A stretch of DNA of 56,697 bases, the filler included, from Sphacelaria rigidula (Eukaryota), in NCBI GenBank assembly GCA_964200075.2. It is 7 parts of 7 records of this genome, joined end to end, with 100 filler letters (N's around TTAATTAATTAA, not from the genome) between each part and the next. Parts side by side here need not be neighbours in the genome. Positions count along the whole stretch, not along the records: positions 32,459 to 40,471 come from CAXNAA020012643.1; positions 40,572 to 48,584 come from CAXNAA020012644.1; positions 48,685 to 56,697 come from CAXNAA020012645.1; 4 more parts are not named here. One strand, given 5' to 3'. Position 1 is the stretch's first letter; each line of letters begins with the position of its first letter. Below are positions 36,295 through 49,365 of the stretch, piece after piece. The notes beneath the pieces were generated by a model. The model saw only the letters and a list, made by a program, of their open reading frames with translations. It was not told the DNA's origin and ran no database searches. The position numbers were made by a program, and so were the translations under genes.

Positions 36295-37857
36295 CTGCCA
36301 ATACACATTTTTTTTTCCCACATGTATTTTTATTTCCATTGTCAGTTTGTTTCGTCACAGCAACTTAATTGCTTATCTTGTGTGTGTCGGCGTGTCTTGT
36401 CGTCATCCTATTTTTCGTGAACACCAGCCTACCCTCATTCGGTATACGTGGGCCGCATCAGCCGGGATCACACATGACGAAGGCCAACACAGGAATTTGT
36501 TGGGTTTATATTTCTTGCTTGTGATTTATCATAGCACTCCACCTTCCTTCTGCGGTGTTTGCCTTTAATTTTCATCGCGGGAAGGGTCCAGCGGTCCCTT
36601 TTCCCCTCATCGACCATGAACTTGAACTTTGTGCATCCACGACATAGTCGCTCTCTGCAGCTGGGTATGATGTAAAAAAATACTCAGATCATCTAGATGT
36701 GAAAAACAAGACGTTGCATGAGCAGTCAAAATGGATTCATCGTACGAGTATAAGCACAGCCTGAATATTCACAATATATATATATATACATATTTTCTCC
36801 CGTCATTCTTGTTCATCTACCCACGGCCGAAGCTATGTGAAATATATCGTACATGCACCAGTGGGCCGTCTCAACTATTCATTCACAGGCATTTTGTTAT
36901 TTATTCGTATTTGACGACTTTTTTGGGCTCTTTTCGCTTGCCATCGCTTATCACATTGGGGATCTGAAGATATTTGTATCCGCTCCACATTCCAATAAAG
37001 AAAACCATCTGTACTCAATATTGAGTGACTTACGGGCTGACCGGTCATCGGGGGTCCTGCGACGTTTCAGCCCAGATTCTTACTCTTCGGTATTTTCGGT
37101 CTATCGAGCCTGTCCCGATCATTCCGCCTACTCATTGCACTAGAGCCGAAAAACTGTGTTTCACGATCAAGAACGCCCTCCTGATGAACGGGGTATTTAC
37201 TCGTTTTTCCCGATAACACCAACTAGCACTGACTTGAGCACTGTGTTTTAAGGATGATCTGTTTATTGTACCAAAATCTACCGACGCTAGCAATTTCGAG
37301 TTCTATCGAAGAATAGTACGCGAGAAAAAACCCCAAACCCCGCTGAATACATCCAATAAGACCATTGGGGACGAGAAGGAAAACCATCTGCAACAGGTTT
37401 TTTTTTGCGAAATAAAATCACGACAAGGGCTCAAAACAAGATGAAACCGCCAAAATGTCCTTTCTCATGAAAACAAATCACGGCAAGGACACAATATTTT
37501 GATATTTGGAAAACCGAGGTACGAACGAGCGTACGATGATCTCTTCTGAAGGATTCAGCATCCTTCTTTGCAACGTGACCGCGGGTTCGAGAGATCTGCC
37601 TAAATGTTCAGAAATGATGAGAAGGGAAAAAAAACTACATCCCGCAGCGAACAATGTCACAGGGGATCAAGATCTCTTTTTCCGCCATGCCTGCCTGCCT
37701 GCCTGCCTGCCCGCCTGCTTGCTTGCTTGGCTGACCATTCACAACTGGCTCGTTCAAAATCCTGTAAATAAATCTGTGTGTCTACTTTGGCGTCATCATA
37801 TCCGTTTCCATTTCTTGGTCTGTCTTCTCGCCCGTCCACCTTTTTTCCCGTCTATGA

Positions 37858-38700
37858 GACCACTTTGTATGGCAGGTGATCCCGAATCTGGCGAGACCCG
37901 AATCTGTGCCAAATCGGGGTGACCTAGATTCGTGAACGTCAGATTCGTGTGTACCCCTGTATGGCTTCACAGATTTGTTGAAACTGTTCGGTACACGAAC
38001 GGTCATCTTCTTGGCGGGTGTCGTATCACAGTGAAGCCGAAGAAAAGGCAGGCAGGGAATCATCCTTCAAGAGCAGCGTCGTACCGTGGTACCCTAGAAT
38101 ATGATGCAGTGCAGTACACTGCACAATCACAGTACAGTACACGATAATGCCGTGTGGTAATTGATGGTACAGTCGGTATCGCGAGAACAGTGCACAGTGT
38201 GCGACAAGAGTTCACGAGTGTAGTGTCATTCATCACCTGTAACAACCGCGACAGTAGTGTAGGATAGTACAGTGTCGTTCGTTATGATTATACATACATC
38301 AGCACAGTTCAGCGTGAAATTTCGTCATCACTGCAGTGTACGGCGTCAACACTTCTTATCCGCTTGTCAAACCCCGTGCAGAGCTGCTCCGGCAGCCGGC
38401 GCTCGCAGGCACTGTCTGTGCTGTCACGAGACTGTCTACTGCTGTTGTTGCAAAAATACCAAACGCCTGTTGCCCCACTATTGTACGTCAAGATACGTAC
38501 GTCAGTCGCTTCAGATTCGGGGGACCTCGATTTTCCACGGATCTGGGCGCAGATTCGTGTAAAACCGTTCTCAAATCATGACAAACGAATCTGAGCTTCC
38601 CCGATTTGTGCCAAATTGGGGTCCATGCAACGCGTTTCCGGATCTGAGGTCCCCTGATCTGCGTTCAGATCCGTTTTTTCGACTGCCATACAAAGTGGTC
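37858..38700. mobile_element. PIF/Harbinger-type (Tourist-like) MITE
   Basis: TIR gaccactttgtatggcag / ctgccatacaaagtggtc; 3-bp duplication TGA at 37855-37857 and 38701-38703; subterminal gaatct/agattc motifs. Confidence 0.8.
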
Positions 38701-40471
38701 TGACAATCTGCCCGCTTTCTCTACGGCTCCATACACGTGTGTCATCATTCTTTGACCATCTGTGTTACCCGTCTTTCCTTCCTTCCCTCTCTCTCCGTCC
38801 ATGCTCTCTTTTTCTCTGTGTGTGTACATCATACCCTAGACGAATGCGTGCGTGTACGTTGTAAAAAACGTGTAGTGTATACAGTATCCACTGTTGCGTC
38901 TATTGCAATACACAATATATTCCCTACTATACGCAAAACACTTTTCGACAATGAAACCTTTTGTCCAGGGTATTGTTTGACTCGGATGGTTCAGGGGGCA
39001 GCGCGGACAAGATTTTCGGATATGTAGGCCTCCCCCCCCCTCCGGCTCCGTTTCGAAAAGGATGCGTGGTCAATGGTCAAACGACTAAGGCAAGCAACAA
39101 ATGAGAACAACACACACACCACCAGCNNNNNNNNNNCGCTTCTCTATGTGTTCCTTGTCCCTGGTCCCCCCAACAAGGTCAACATCAAAACCTCCCGCCC
39201 CCCCCCCCCCCCATCCCGGAGGGCATCGTTTCGAAAGTTGTCATGATTTTATAAAACCTTATTTGTTAACTTTGTCGCAAGAAATTGATCAATGAACACT
39301 GTTTTGATTTATTTTCTCTCCTTATTTTGTTACAAGAAATTGATCGATGAACATTGACCAAATCCAAAAAGTCTGGTAGGCTTCGGGAGTTTGTATATTT
39401 GCTTTTCCTCCTCAACATATTTATATTTACATTATATAATATGGATCATACATACTATATTATAATGTGAAGTATATATACTGCCCCTTGACATGTATTT
39501 ATATATGTACATGTATCATTTCGCATTTTTTACCACTTTTGCCGAGTGTTCTCTGGCTGCAATAAGGCATCTTAGCCCGCGCTTTTTCTTGCAGTGCACG
39601 AAGGAGGGTCAGCGGTACATTACAGTTCACGTTTTGGGTCATCTGATACCTGTGGCGCGTGTTCTTGCCATCGAAAGTCGCCCACACTGGCTCTTTTTTT
39701 GCGTGGTGTCTATCCCAAACCACAAAAGCCTTTCCACGATCGTTGAAAACTTCAAACAAGAGCCACAAAAGCCCGCTCATGGCGGAGTATTTTTTCACCG
39801 TGATTTTCGTTGCGTTCTCGATGATTTGGGAACGCGGAGACGGTGGTTATGCAGCGAATGTCAAGAGAACATGAGAGCAAAGCAGTTGAAAACAGCTGGA
39901 CATTGCCTTGACTTAGTCAGCAGCAAGCACAAGTCGAATGATCTGAGATCCCTCATCATTTAGTTTTGACATAAAGCCTCTAACACGGTCATATCTGCGT
40001 AATATGTGCCCCAATTATGCGAACGTAACAATCCACAAAAAAAGCATCGTGAAGAACACTGAAGAACGTTTAGATTGATACTAGAGGAAGGGGTCGCAGT
40101 CACAGCTGCAGCAGGGGAAGTCGCTGATGGCCGGGTGTGCATTGATACGTACGGTGGATACCCACGGTGCGCGGCATTTTGCCTTTTCAACACCCTGCTG
40201 TCTGATGACGGCTACTGTAGATAGAGTGGGTACCGTGATAGTTGATCACGCAGGTTGCGACGGATCCTGCCGGCCCCATAATCTATCGTCGCCCAGTTGT
40301 GGACGAACGTTTGAAGAAATCCAGCAAACGAGCATCGTTTATGGTCCGCTGTATATGTGAGGGTTGGGAGCTGAAGAGTCATCCTACGATAGGGGGGGGG
40401 GGTATTTTGGGCCTTTGTTGCTCGAAATTTTGAGTCAGATCGAAACCCTGCTGCGCCCGGGCGCCAACGGC

Positions 40472-40571
40472 NNNNNNNNNNNNNNNNNNNNNNNNNNNNN
40501 NNNNNNNNNNNNNNNTTAATTAATTAANNNNNNNNNNNNNNNNNNNNNNNNNNNNNNNNNNNNNNNNNNNN
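40472..40571. other. Artificial contig spacer
   Basis: 44 N + TTAATTAATTAA + 44 N. Confidence 0.98.
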
Positions 40572-41638
40572 ATGACCACTGTAGGGAAACCCTGTGAAGC
40601 GTCCTGTGCTACGCTGGGAAACACTGTACAGTAAAATTCCCGCCAGAAACACTGCGCAGGGTACGTAAACCCTGTAGACTCCTCCACAGGGTGCTATCTG
40701 TCCACGTGTGTCGACTGTACACCTCCACCGCTGAAGGATCCGCCTCCGCCACCACCCCGGTCACCTTTCCCTTATTTGTGATTGCGAGGGCGCGCGGCAC
40801 TCGTGTGCCCAGGCTCCCCCGCGGAAGGCGTTGGGCACTTCCGTGCGTAGAGGTCTACCTGGCCACACTGAAAGCAAGTAATATTGGCGGCGGTATTGCC
40901 TGCGGATTTTGATCTGCAGTTACGCGAGCTAGAAGACTGCGGCGACGAAGTGGATGGTTTTCCTAATACTTCAATCTTCCGCCATACCTGAGCCTCAGCC
41001 ACCACGGTATTCATATTCTAAAACGGGTCTGACTTCCAATTGGTTTCGTATTGTAATTGCACAAGCACGGCCTGCTTGAATTCCGCCGGTGCCAGCCCCT
41101 CCACCATCGCTTTCATGATCACCGCAGCGGGCCCTGGACGGAAATTCCCATCGGAGGAACGATATACCATCTCGACGTTGGGATTTTCCGAAGTATATGT
41201 CTCCAACTTGCCCATTATGGGCTCCACCGTCTAACGCATGGTCCTCCCCTTGTGGTTCATAGCGACAGCCTTCGCCACGGCCGCGGACGCCTGTGTCAGC
41301 TTTACCTCAGCGCCCGCCGCATGCCCTGCATGTTTCTTGATCGCTGCGGCCAATTGTAGCGGCGTTATTGTGTGCTTCTCATGGAATGTTCTCGCAAAGA
41401 CGCGTTGAAGGGGGGTAGGCACGAGTTGCGCCATGGAAACCACCTGATGCCTTACCGCACCCCCCGCATTCGCGTGCCCCACCTGCTTCTTGTATTCCAC
41501 GTATTTCGTATAAAACGAACGAGAAGTACACTCAGAATACAAATTCCCGTAACAGGGCGGCCGCAACTGTTCTCTTGGAACAACTGAGGTTACAGTCGTC
41601 TCCGCTGGCTCTTCCGTCGGTACCTCTGTAGTCGACAT
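40572..41638 (-). mobile_element. Gypsy-type gag, decayed, truncated at contig end
   Basis: One reading frame (41638 to 40772) broken by single stops, ending in a degenerate zinc knuckle ITCFQCGQVDLYARKCP. It lies just downstream of the LTR at 41956-42208. Confidence 0.75.
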
Positions 41639-41955
41639 TTTCGAGCGGACCTAACCGTAGACTTCTGAACCTTCTCGAACTCCACCACTCACACCTGCCT
41701 TCTTCGCCGCTCCACACAGCCGTGGGGTCTTATAAGCACCCGCTGCACGCAGCTCCAGCAAGCCTCCAGTCTGGATCCATCACGAGCCAGCTGTCTTTGC
41801 AGCTACCTCAGCTTGAACCTTCCTCACGCCTCCGTGAAGCAATGTGCCCGAAGCTATCACAAGCTGTCCAGACTCCTGTCCACTGAAAAAAATTCAGCAG
41901 TTACTAACGATAGCACAACTAGCACAACTAGCACAACTAGCACTAATATCGATAT

Positions 41956-42208
41956 TGTGACGCCAGCAGGTTGCTAGTACTGCAGCGTATAATGCTGCTG
42001 AGGGACTCCTCAGTTCCACTGGCCTCAGGTCTCAGTTGTCAGCCTTCACAACACTTTTTATTTTACCGGAGTGACTCCCAGGCGGCTTCATAAACCACAT
42101 CTGGGTATCACCCCTGTGTCCATGTCATCATCCATATCATCACTGCAGATTCCAAGTCATCATCCAATCATCACTATATACTCAAGGTGACAGCGTGAGC
42201 TCGTCACA
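41956..42208 (-). mobile_element. 5' LTR (253 bp) of the gag-bearing element
   Basis: Perfect inverted ends TGTGACG...CGTCACA. Its minus strand aligns with the LTR at 49148-49365 (agtgatgat.tggatgatgac, aggctgacaactga, ggagtccctca, gctggcgtca). Confidence 0.88.
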
Positions 42209-44939
42209 ACTCGTAATATTTTTTCATACCCTATTCACTGTCCATACCAAATTTTACGCTCCAACTCTGAAAATTGGTCGGCGCATGGGCCTGCGAACTC
42301 CAAATCCGCCTCTAGGCTGGCCCAGGTCGTGGAGATAACAATCAAATCTCATTCAAAGCGGTGAGCGATTCGAAAAATATTCATCTGTAATATGCAGCAG
42401 CAGACTCTCCGTGAGGAGAGGATGCAAACAAGCCAAGGCTGGCAGCACGCAGGGATAAGGTATGCCGAATAAAAAATATATTGGCCTCAATTTATTTTTT
42501 GGAGGGGGGGGTTCGAGCATTCTCGTAAAAAAATGATCGTCAACATACTAAACGTCCTACACCAGTAGGAAAAAACAAGTGATCCACATTCTTTGGCTCA
42601 TTATGCCCTAGCCAGGTCCCACCCAAAAGTCCAATACACAAACGCCATACGTGAGCCGGTAAGTGGCGTGTAAAATACTGTTCCGAATATTTCGGACCCG
42701 AATTTTGAACCGCCCATTCGTAATTTAAGACCTTTGGATTTGGACCCTGAATTTTTGTGTGGACAACCAAGAGAGCATAACAGATAAGTCATGCGTGGAC
42801 TCATTTTGTTTTTCATGAGTTGAAGGCAATACTCAGTTTTCAGGCTTTAGTAAAATGCCGTTACGTCATGAAAAAAACATGGTCCATACATGGTTTTTTC
42901 ATCATATCCTATTGATCGTTCATTCAAAATTTTAGAGTCCAACCCCAAGTATGAAATTGCGAATGGGCCTGCAAACTTCAAATCCGCTTCCAGGCCGGCC
43001 CAGCTCGTACCACGAGTACTGCCTGTACTTGGATTGCTGTCAGGTGCAGGCCTCAATCCTATTGTCATATTGTTCGTGATAATGTAAGCAATCACTATAA
43101 TACTACATTTGGTATATACATAGCCGGTAACAGCAAACTTCAAATTGACTGGATAAACTGTAGTCCTCCTCACCAGCTCCACTCAAACTCCAGTTTCAGT
43201 TTAATCGCCAGTACAAACTGATCCAATTCACAGCGCTAGGGAAAGGCCGTTCTTGCACTTACTGCACAGTACAGTACCTACTATCGCCATTGTCCGGCTG
43301 ATCAAGGGGGTACCCATCCCTTGAAAATGGTACCTCCTCTCTCCCCCTTCCCCGTCGCCAAGAACGACATTTTCGGGGATCGGGGTTGATGTATGACGTC
43401 TCGCAGTCTGTAAGGCTCCTTGTGCTGCCCCTTCGAACAGTTGGACAAGTCTCGACTGCATTTTTTTAAGCAACGTAGTCCAACGTTTCACACGTCACAC
43501 AGCTCATCATCTACGTGAAATAACTAATCGAAGAGAACTCTTAGATCCTTTGTACCGAACACAAAACACGCGATGGCAATGTACGAGAAGCCAAAAGCGT
43601 TACCTTCCCGCTACACCGCGTGCTCCGCGTCCATCGCTGTCCAGAGCTAATACGGAACTAGTGGCCAAATGAGCTAGGTCATGATTTGCATCAGTAATCT
43701 AGTAAGAAGTAATATCCAGGTAGCTCATGAACTGTCCGACATGTGCAACATGTGAAGAAAATATACTTGAACGCTTCTTTTACCAGACCCACAACAATGA
43801 AAACCTGACGCGACGATCGAATCTGAAAAACTGAAGCCGGAAGCCTGTCAGCGTGTCTGGTGACGAGTCACGCCATATGGAGAATATCCTGGCAGCTATT
43901 GTGTGATGTTAGCCGTCTTGTTTCTGTTTGTTCTAAAGTGATTACTTATTCGCTGCGTTGCTCGTGTGGAGGTCGTGGTTCCTGTCTTGTGAATTCACGT
44001 TGACTGAATGTAGCAGAGATGGGATGTCAGTTATACATGGTTGGCCATGTGGGCATGTTGCTGCTGAAGCTTTGATAGGCCAAAAGCCCGACGCGTCAGG
44101 CTGATTTTGTGATATGAGAAGTGTTATACGCGTAGCGGGAAAAAAGGTTGTGCAACAACATTTTCCACCCCGCGAGCTATTCACTTGTTTCCTTCGACCA
44201 TAAAAGTATACCTTCCTTTGGAGATGAGGTTACAGTAGAACGTTCACTCAACAAGAGCCTTCACACATCGTAGGGGGGGTATATGCAATTTCATCACTGT
44301 CCGGGCTGGATCAGTCACAGCTGCTGTCCGCAGGCCCCTCTTTTATTACGACCTATAAACAACAAAGCAAAGCTTGCTTCAAGTTAAAAAAATAAGCGGC
44401 AGCTGACTGAACTACAGTCAGCACGCATGCAGACCGGAAGCGTAAGGCGGCTGGGAGTAGGAGCTAAGCTACACCCGAAACACATACATGGAACCGATGT
44501 CTGTCACACAGAGGGCTAGCATCACACCCGCGGTCAGTGTTGATGGAGGATTCAGGTCTTTTTCACACTCCTTCCCTCACTTCTGAGGGTGCTCGGCCCT
44601 CCAGGCAAGTCGGCTCTCCTCATTATTTATAGCCACCGGCGCAGTTCAGTTCGTCCGGGCTCATTACTGTTCCCCTTGCATCCCCTCGAGCCCTCGCACC
44701 ATGCCCGGCGGTGTTTGGGATCACAGACCCATCCCATATACTTCACAAAAGAGTCTTGCTTCTACAGTAGTGCACCGCTTGGTGAACATATCTCCCATTT
44801 ACCGTCCATTGCACGGCGTGTGCCCTTCCATGCCTCTCCACACTATGAGTGTTGCAATTACTTTCGGCACATTCGCTCCATATCTTGAATCCGTGGTCAC
44901 AGTTGGTCAGGTATTTATTTATTTATTTATTTACTGGTT

Positions 44940-46850
44940 TAGGGCGTTTTGGTATGGTAATAACAAGTTTTTACGAGAACGCCCGAACCTCTCCAAAAAC
45001 AAAAAAGCAAGTGGGCATTCTTTTTCGCATACCTCAGTGGTTCTTCATGCTAAGCTTTCGATCACAATTCTCAATACGGAGCAAAAAAATGGTGACAAGG
45101 CCCAAGTACAATGTTCATTTCTCCTCGAAGCTGCCCTAAAAAAGTAAAAATAAAAAATAAAACGAAGAAATAAATAAAACCCTGTCTTGGTCGAACTCTA
45201 TTATGCACTAGCGGTTCTCCATACGAAATTTCACAGTACAAGTCTCAAAACCTGAGACGAGATATCCAGATTTAGGGCATCCAGGGCCTCTGCTCATAAT
45301 GTATTGATTTCAGTATAGAATCTAGGGTTCCCCATATCTCGAGATAGATGGATAAAAAATTACGTGAAGTGACCGTGTCTTTACATAGCCCGTGCCTCGG
45401 GGAATATCTAGACCTAAAGTCGTCATCATCCGCTGTGCATATCGTTCGGGGTTTCATTTTGACTCTAGTGTAGCACCGGGGCGAGATGGGTTGATCCCTC
45501 GAGACCACGGACTCGTCCCGAGGGATGGGATGGGAGGGGGGTTCGGAGTGCGACAAATAGAAGAATAAATGATCAAATCACAAATATAGAGCTATCTCCG
45601 TACGGTAACCATCGACAAAAAATGGTCCAGAATTCAGAGCGGATGAGCCCCTCTGGCTTGATTAGACGACAATATCATGTGCGGATCATGGTCCAACTCG
45701 TCTGTGTCCAGGACATATGGCCACACCCCCCTGGCGAAAATCCGGCGTGCTCCGTCCCGGCTTTGTAGGGATGCAAGGTCAATGGTTTTACGAGCTGGGC
45801 GAATCTACAAGCGGGTTTGTGGTGTGGAGGCCCATTGTCAACTCAATATTGAGCGTTGGCCCCTGAAATTTCGTATGAACAATGAATTAGACATGCATTA
45901 CATGACAACAAGAACGACGGACCCAAAGACATGCATATATATATATATATATATATTATTCTATCAAGGCATTTTCCTGAATTCTGAAAAATATTAATGG
46001 CTTCCAACTCATGGAAATATAGGTAAAATGTTTGGGTCTGGCTTCATTTTTCCACGTATGCCCTATTCATTGTGCATACCAAGTTTCAGGGGCCAACTCT
46101 AAAAAATCGAGGTGAGCATGGGCCCTTCAGTAACCGGATCAGTAGAAATTCAGAACCGTATTTTGCAGGCCACTAACCGGCCCAAGTTTTGTGTCTGTGT
46201 AATAAAATTGGTGTGGGACCTCGCTAGGGCTTGATAGACTCAAAAAAGTGGGTCCGTTTGGTGTTTTTTCTTCTTCCACTGGTTTAGGACGTTCCAGTGG
46301 CGTGAAGATCACTTTTCAACAAAAACGCCCAAACCTCTAGGAAACAAAAATGCTCATTTTTTTGTTTTTGTTTTATTCAGCACACCTCTGTGGTTCTTCA
46401 TGCTAGGTTTCAAATCGCAATTTCGAAAAGTTAGCTGAAAACCTGAAATGATTATAATATCAATATTCATTTCTCCTCGAAACTAACTCAAAAAAAGGGG
46501 AAAAAGGGAAAGGGGAAAAAAGGGAAAAAAAAGAGGGAAAGAAAGAGAAAAAGGTAACATAAGGGGAAAAAGCTCGTTATTTTTCATATTACGCACTCCC
46601 GGTTTTCCATACGGATTTTCACAGTACCACTCTCAAACACTGAGACGTAATATCCAGATTTAGTGTGATTGGTACCTCTTCTCGTAATACATTGATTTTA
46701 GTATCCAACGGTACGTGCGCCATATCTCGAGATAGATAGCGAATTATTACGTGAAGGTGCGGGCACTTCTCGTCTGCCCGTGCTCCAGGGACTGTACACA
46801 CCAAAACTCGTCATCTGCTGAACGTATCGTTCGAGGTTTCATGAAGACTG
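44940..46850. repeat. Two diverged direct copies (about 44940-45470 and 46290-46850) of a non-coding repeat; related fragments at 42225-43020
   Basis: Both copies share acctc.gtggttcttcatgcta.g.ttt, ttcatttctcctcgaa, tttcacagtac...tctcaaa, atatccagatttag and ccatatctcgagatagat. ccctattca.tgt.catacca occurs at 42229 and 46061. Confidence 0.65.
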
Positions 46851-47526
46851 CAGTATGGACGCGATCTCCGTATGGTATAGGTATTACTGGACATGAGGTG
46901 TAGTCAACAAAAACAAATTGTCCACACTTTTGAGCGGATGGGAACCTTTTCCTTCATTCAACGGTTGATACGATGTGCAGATCACGGCCCAAGTCAGCTG
47001 TCTCGACACATTGCCTTGGGAGCTTCAACCCGTGCCCGCTGGCCCAGCTCGTATGACTATGGCATGCAAGATCATGACAACCCCCCCCCCCCCTCCCCCA
47101 CCTCGCCGCCCACCACGGCATGCAAGATTATGAGTAAACCCCCTCTCGCCCGTCCCGCCCCTCCCGCCCCTTATTTTTTGGATTTCGAAAGTTAGTCGCG
47201 CCCGAAACTTGTACACCTGCTTGCAACGTGCGTGCAACCTGTAATGGGTTCCAACCTATACCCTGGCAACGTCTGGCAACATCACGCTCCCGACTTTGCC
47301 CCGCAAGGTACGTTGCCGAAAATGTGGAACATCATCTATTCAGGCACGTTCCAGGCACCCCAGTGGCCACTACGATCGTACACTTGCCTTGAACGTACCT
47401 GCAACCTGTACTGAGTTCCAGCCTGAACCCTGGCAACGTCAACCTTCCGACCCTCCGCGGCAACCTACCTTGCAGAGGATCTGGAGCCTCCATAATCCCA
47501 CCCTCCAGGCGCCCCAGTAGCCACCT

Positions 47527-48500
47527 GTGATGTCACAGGGTGAGGATCCAGACGTATTCCTCACAAACCTCTATCAATATAAAGATCAGCTGAATTATTT
47601 GGGAGAGAGCGTCACTGATGAACGGTTAGCATATATAATCATAGAAGGGCTGACCGACGATTATGTACAAATCAAGTATGACGCTGAACGTGATCCTGAT
47701 TTTAATTTTGAAAGACAATGAGTCAACAACACGTAATTTATACGTGAACAGAATAGCGCGTGGTATTTCGAATGAACAGTCAAACGGTAGAGATAGTGCG
47801 GTTGCAGCATCGTCTGTAGAATATTCTGAAAAGAAAACAGTACACCAAGTAAGGTGTTTCACTTGTGGGAAGATAGGCCATTATATGCGTGAATGCCTAT
47901 GTAAACAGCAGTCTAATGATAGTGGTAAACAGACAAAATTGTGTACGTTATACAGGACAACCAATCGTGATAATACGGAATGTAGAAGTCAAAACAGGAG
48001 CAATGTGGAGCATCCATATAAGCAAGTAAACACAGTTACCCCGGATACAAGTACATATTCAGAGCCTTCAAACGCACAAATTCTACAGGCAAGTGCATCT
48101 CCGGCACCAGTGGTGAATAATTCGACAACAAGCAGGATAGGATTAACCTTTATCACAGAGCCTATAGGTAATCGCAGTAGAAAAGTAGCCATGTCAAGCT
48201 CGTTTCCAGTAATAATCGACTCAGAGGCAGCCACCCACTGTGTAAACAGTAATATACTACCTGGCATTGAGCGGGAGCTGTCAAGCTACGAACAGCAGGA
48301 GAAAATCTGCTAAAAGAAACAGGCAAAGGAGTTGTACACATAATGGTGACAAATACCCATGGCTATGAGAGGTCTGTGTGTCAGCCATTGTAGTAGCCAA
48401 GTTAGGGAAACATTTATTTTCGCCTTGTGAAGCACTTAAGAAGAGCGTGAGTACTATTGTTTCAGCATATTCTCATCTGGCATTGGGAGGTTTTCAGGTT
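47527..48500 (+). mobile_element. Ty1/Copia gag-protease remnant
   Basis: GEDPDVFLTNLYQYKDQLNYLGESVTDERLAYIIIEGLTDDY (Copia gag UBN2-like), CCHC knuckle CFTCGKIGHYMREC, and protease-like IIDSEAATHCV; frameshifts and stops. Confidence 0.85.
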
Positions 48501-48521
48501 CCAATAAATAAAACACCGGTC

Positions 48522-48584
48522 GCCCCGGTGGCTGAGTTGGTAACCTCGTAACCTTCTGATGGTTGAGTTGTGGGGTTCGATTCC
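48522..48584 (+). ncRNA. tRNA-like sequence (tRNA-derived SINE head or tRNA pseudogene), cut by the contig end
   Basis: A-box TGGCTGAGTTGG, B-box GGTTCGATTCC, anticodon-like arm TAACC-TTCTGAT-GGTTG (CTG). The D-stem pairs poorly and the 3' end is missing. Confidence 0.55.
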
Positions 48585-48684
48585 NNNNNNNNNNNNNNNN
48601 NNNNNNNNNNNNNNNNNNNNNNNNNNNNTTAATTAATTAANNNNNNNNNNNNNNNNNNNNNNNNNNNNNNNNNNNNNNNNNNNN
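48585..48684. other. Artificial contig spacer
   Basis: 44 N + TTAATTAATTAA + 44 N. Confidence 0.98.
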
Positions 48685-49073
48685 CCCGTGGAGAGTGGTT
48701 GGTGCTGACCACCCGCACGTGTTTGAGATTCAAAACATTGTTTCGGGTCGTGTTCAGACCGCCCATGTAGCTCGTTTGCGTTTTTATGCAGACTCGCAGC
48801 TCGATGTAACGATTGACGTTAAGGACGTGTTCCAGCATGCTTTCAATCAGGGGCAATTTCAGATGGCTGGTATTGTCCGAGTGGCAGAAGCGGACGATCG
48901 TTCGTTGATCGTGTTGGTCGACTGGGTCGGTTTCGAGGTTGAGGAGCGTGCGTGGAACCTTTCAAGGAAATTTTTGAGGTCGCTCCGAAATTTCTTACGA
49001 AGGAGTTGTGTAAATTGCGCGTGACTCGTGCCGTTGCTGCTCCTATTACGAGTGAGTTTGACATTCAATCGTG
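48685..49073 (+). mobile_element. 3' end of a Gypsy pol: integrase C-terminal region and chromodomain
   Basis: HVFEIQNIVSGRVQTAHVARLRFY, then FQMAGIV...LIVLVDWVGFEVEERAW, with EP continuing after a frameshift; this is the chromodomain V.W.G...WEP motif. A G-rich tract follows at 49140-49147. Confidence 0.8.
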
Positions 49074-49147
49074 ACTTACTCATCGTTTGGCGTTTTCTAT
49101 GTGTTGAGCTTGTTGCTCGATTTTCGTCCAACGCGCTTTGGGGGTGC

Positions 49148-49365
49148 TGTGACGAAACTACGCCGTTACGTTGGGTTGGTAGTGATGATCTGGATGATGA
49201 CCGGGGACGCGGGTATGATACCTTAACGGGTCTATGAGGCTGTGCCTATAAAGGCACTCCGGATAATGAAATGTTGTATAGGCTGACAACTGAAACTGAG
49301 GTCAGTGAGACTGGGGAGTCCCTCAAACAGCAGTTACAGCAGTTCTTCTCCCGGCTGGCGTCATG
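49148..49365 (+). mobile_element. 3' LTR, same family as the LTR at 41956-42208
   Basis: Starts TGTGACG right after a G-tract, aligns with the other LTR, and ends gctggcgtca(tg). Confidence 0.82.

Noticed and set aside
37020..37110. Hammerhead ribozyme on the minus strand (CCGAAGAG...GAAACGTCG)
   Set aside because: The core differs from CUGANGA, stem II does not pair, and no proper cleavage triplet follows stem III. At best it is a degenerate remnant.
39493..40360. Transposase or host gene in the short ORFs at the end of contig 5
   Set aside because: No recognisable catalytic or domain motif in any frame.
8060..48640. TTAATTAATTAA motif recurring every ~8.1 kb as a biological periodic signal
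   Set aside because: It is always centred in a 100-bp N spacer, so it is an assembly linker with stops in all six frames.
47527..49365. Single hybrid element with Copia gag and Gypsy chromodomain
   Set aside because: The two parts lie on different contigs separated by an artificial spacer.
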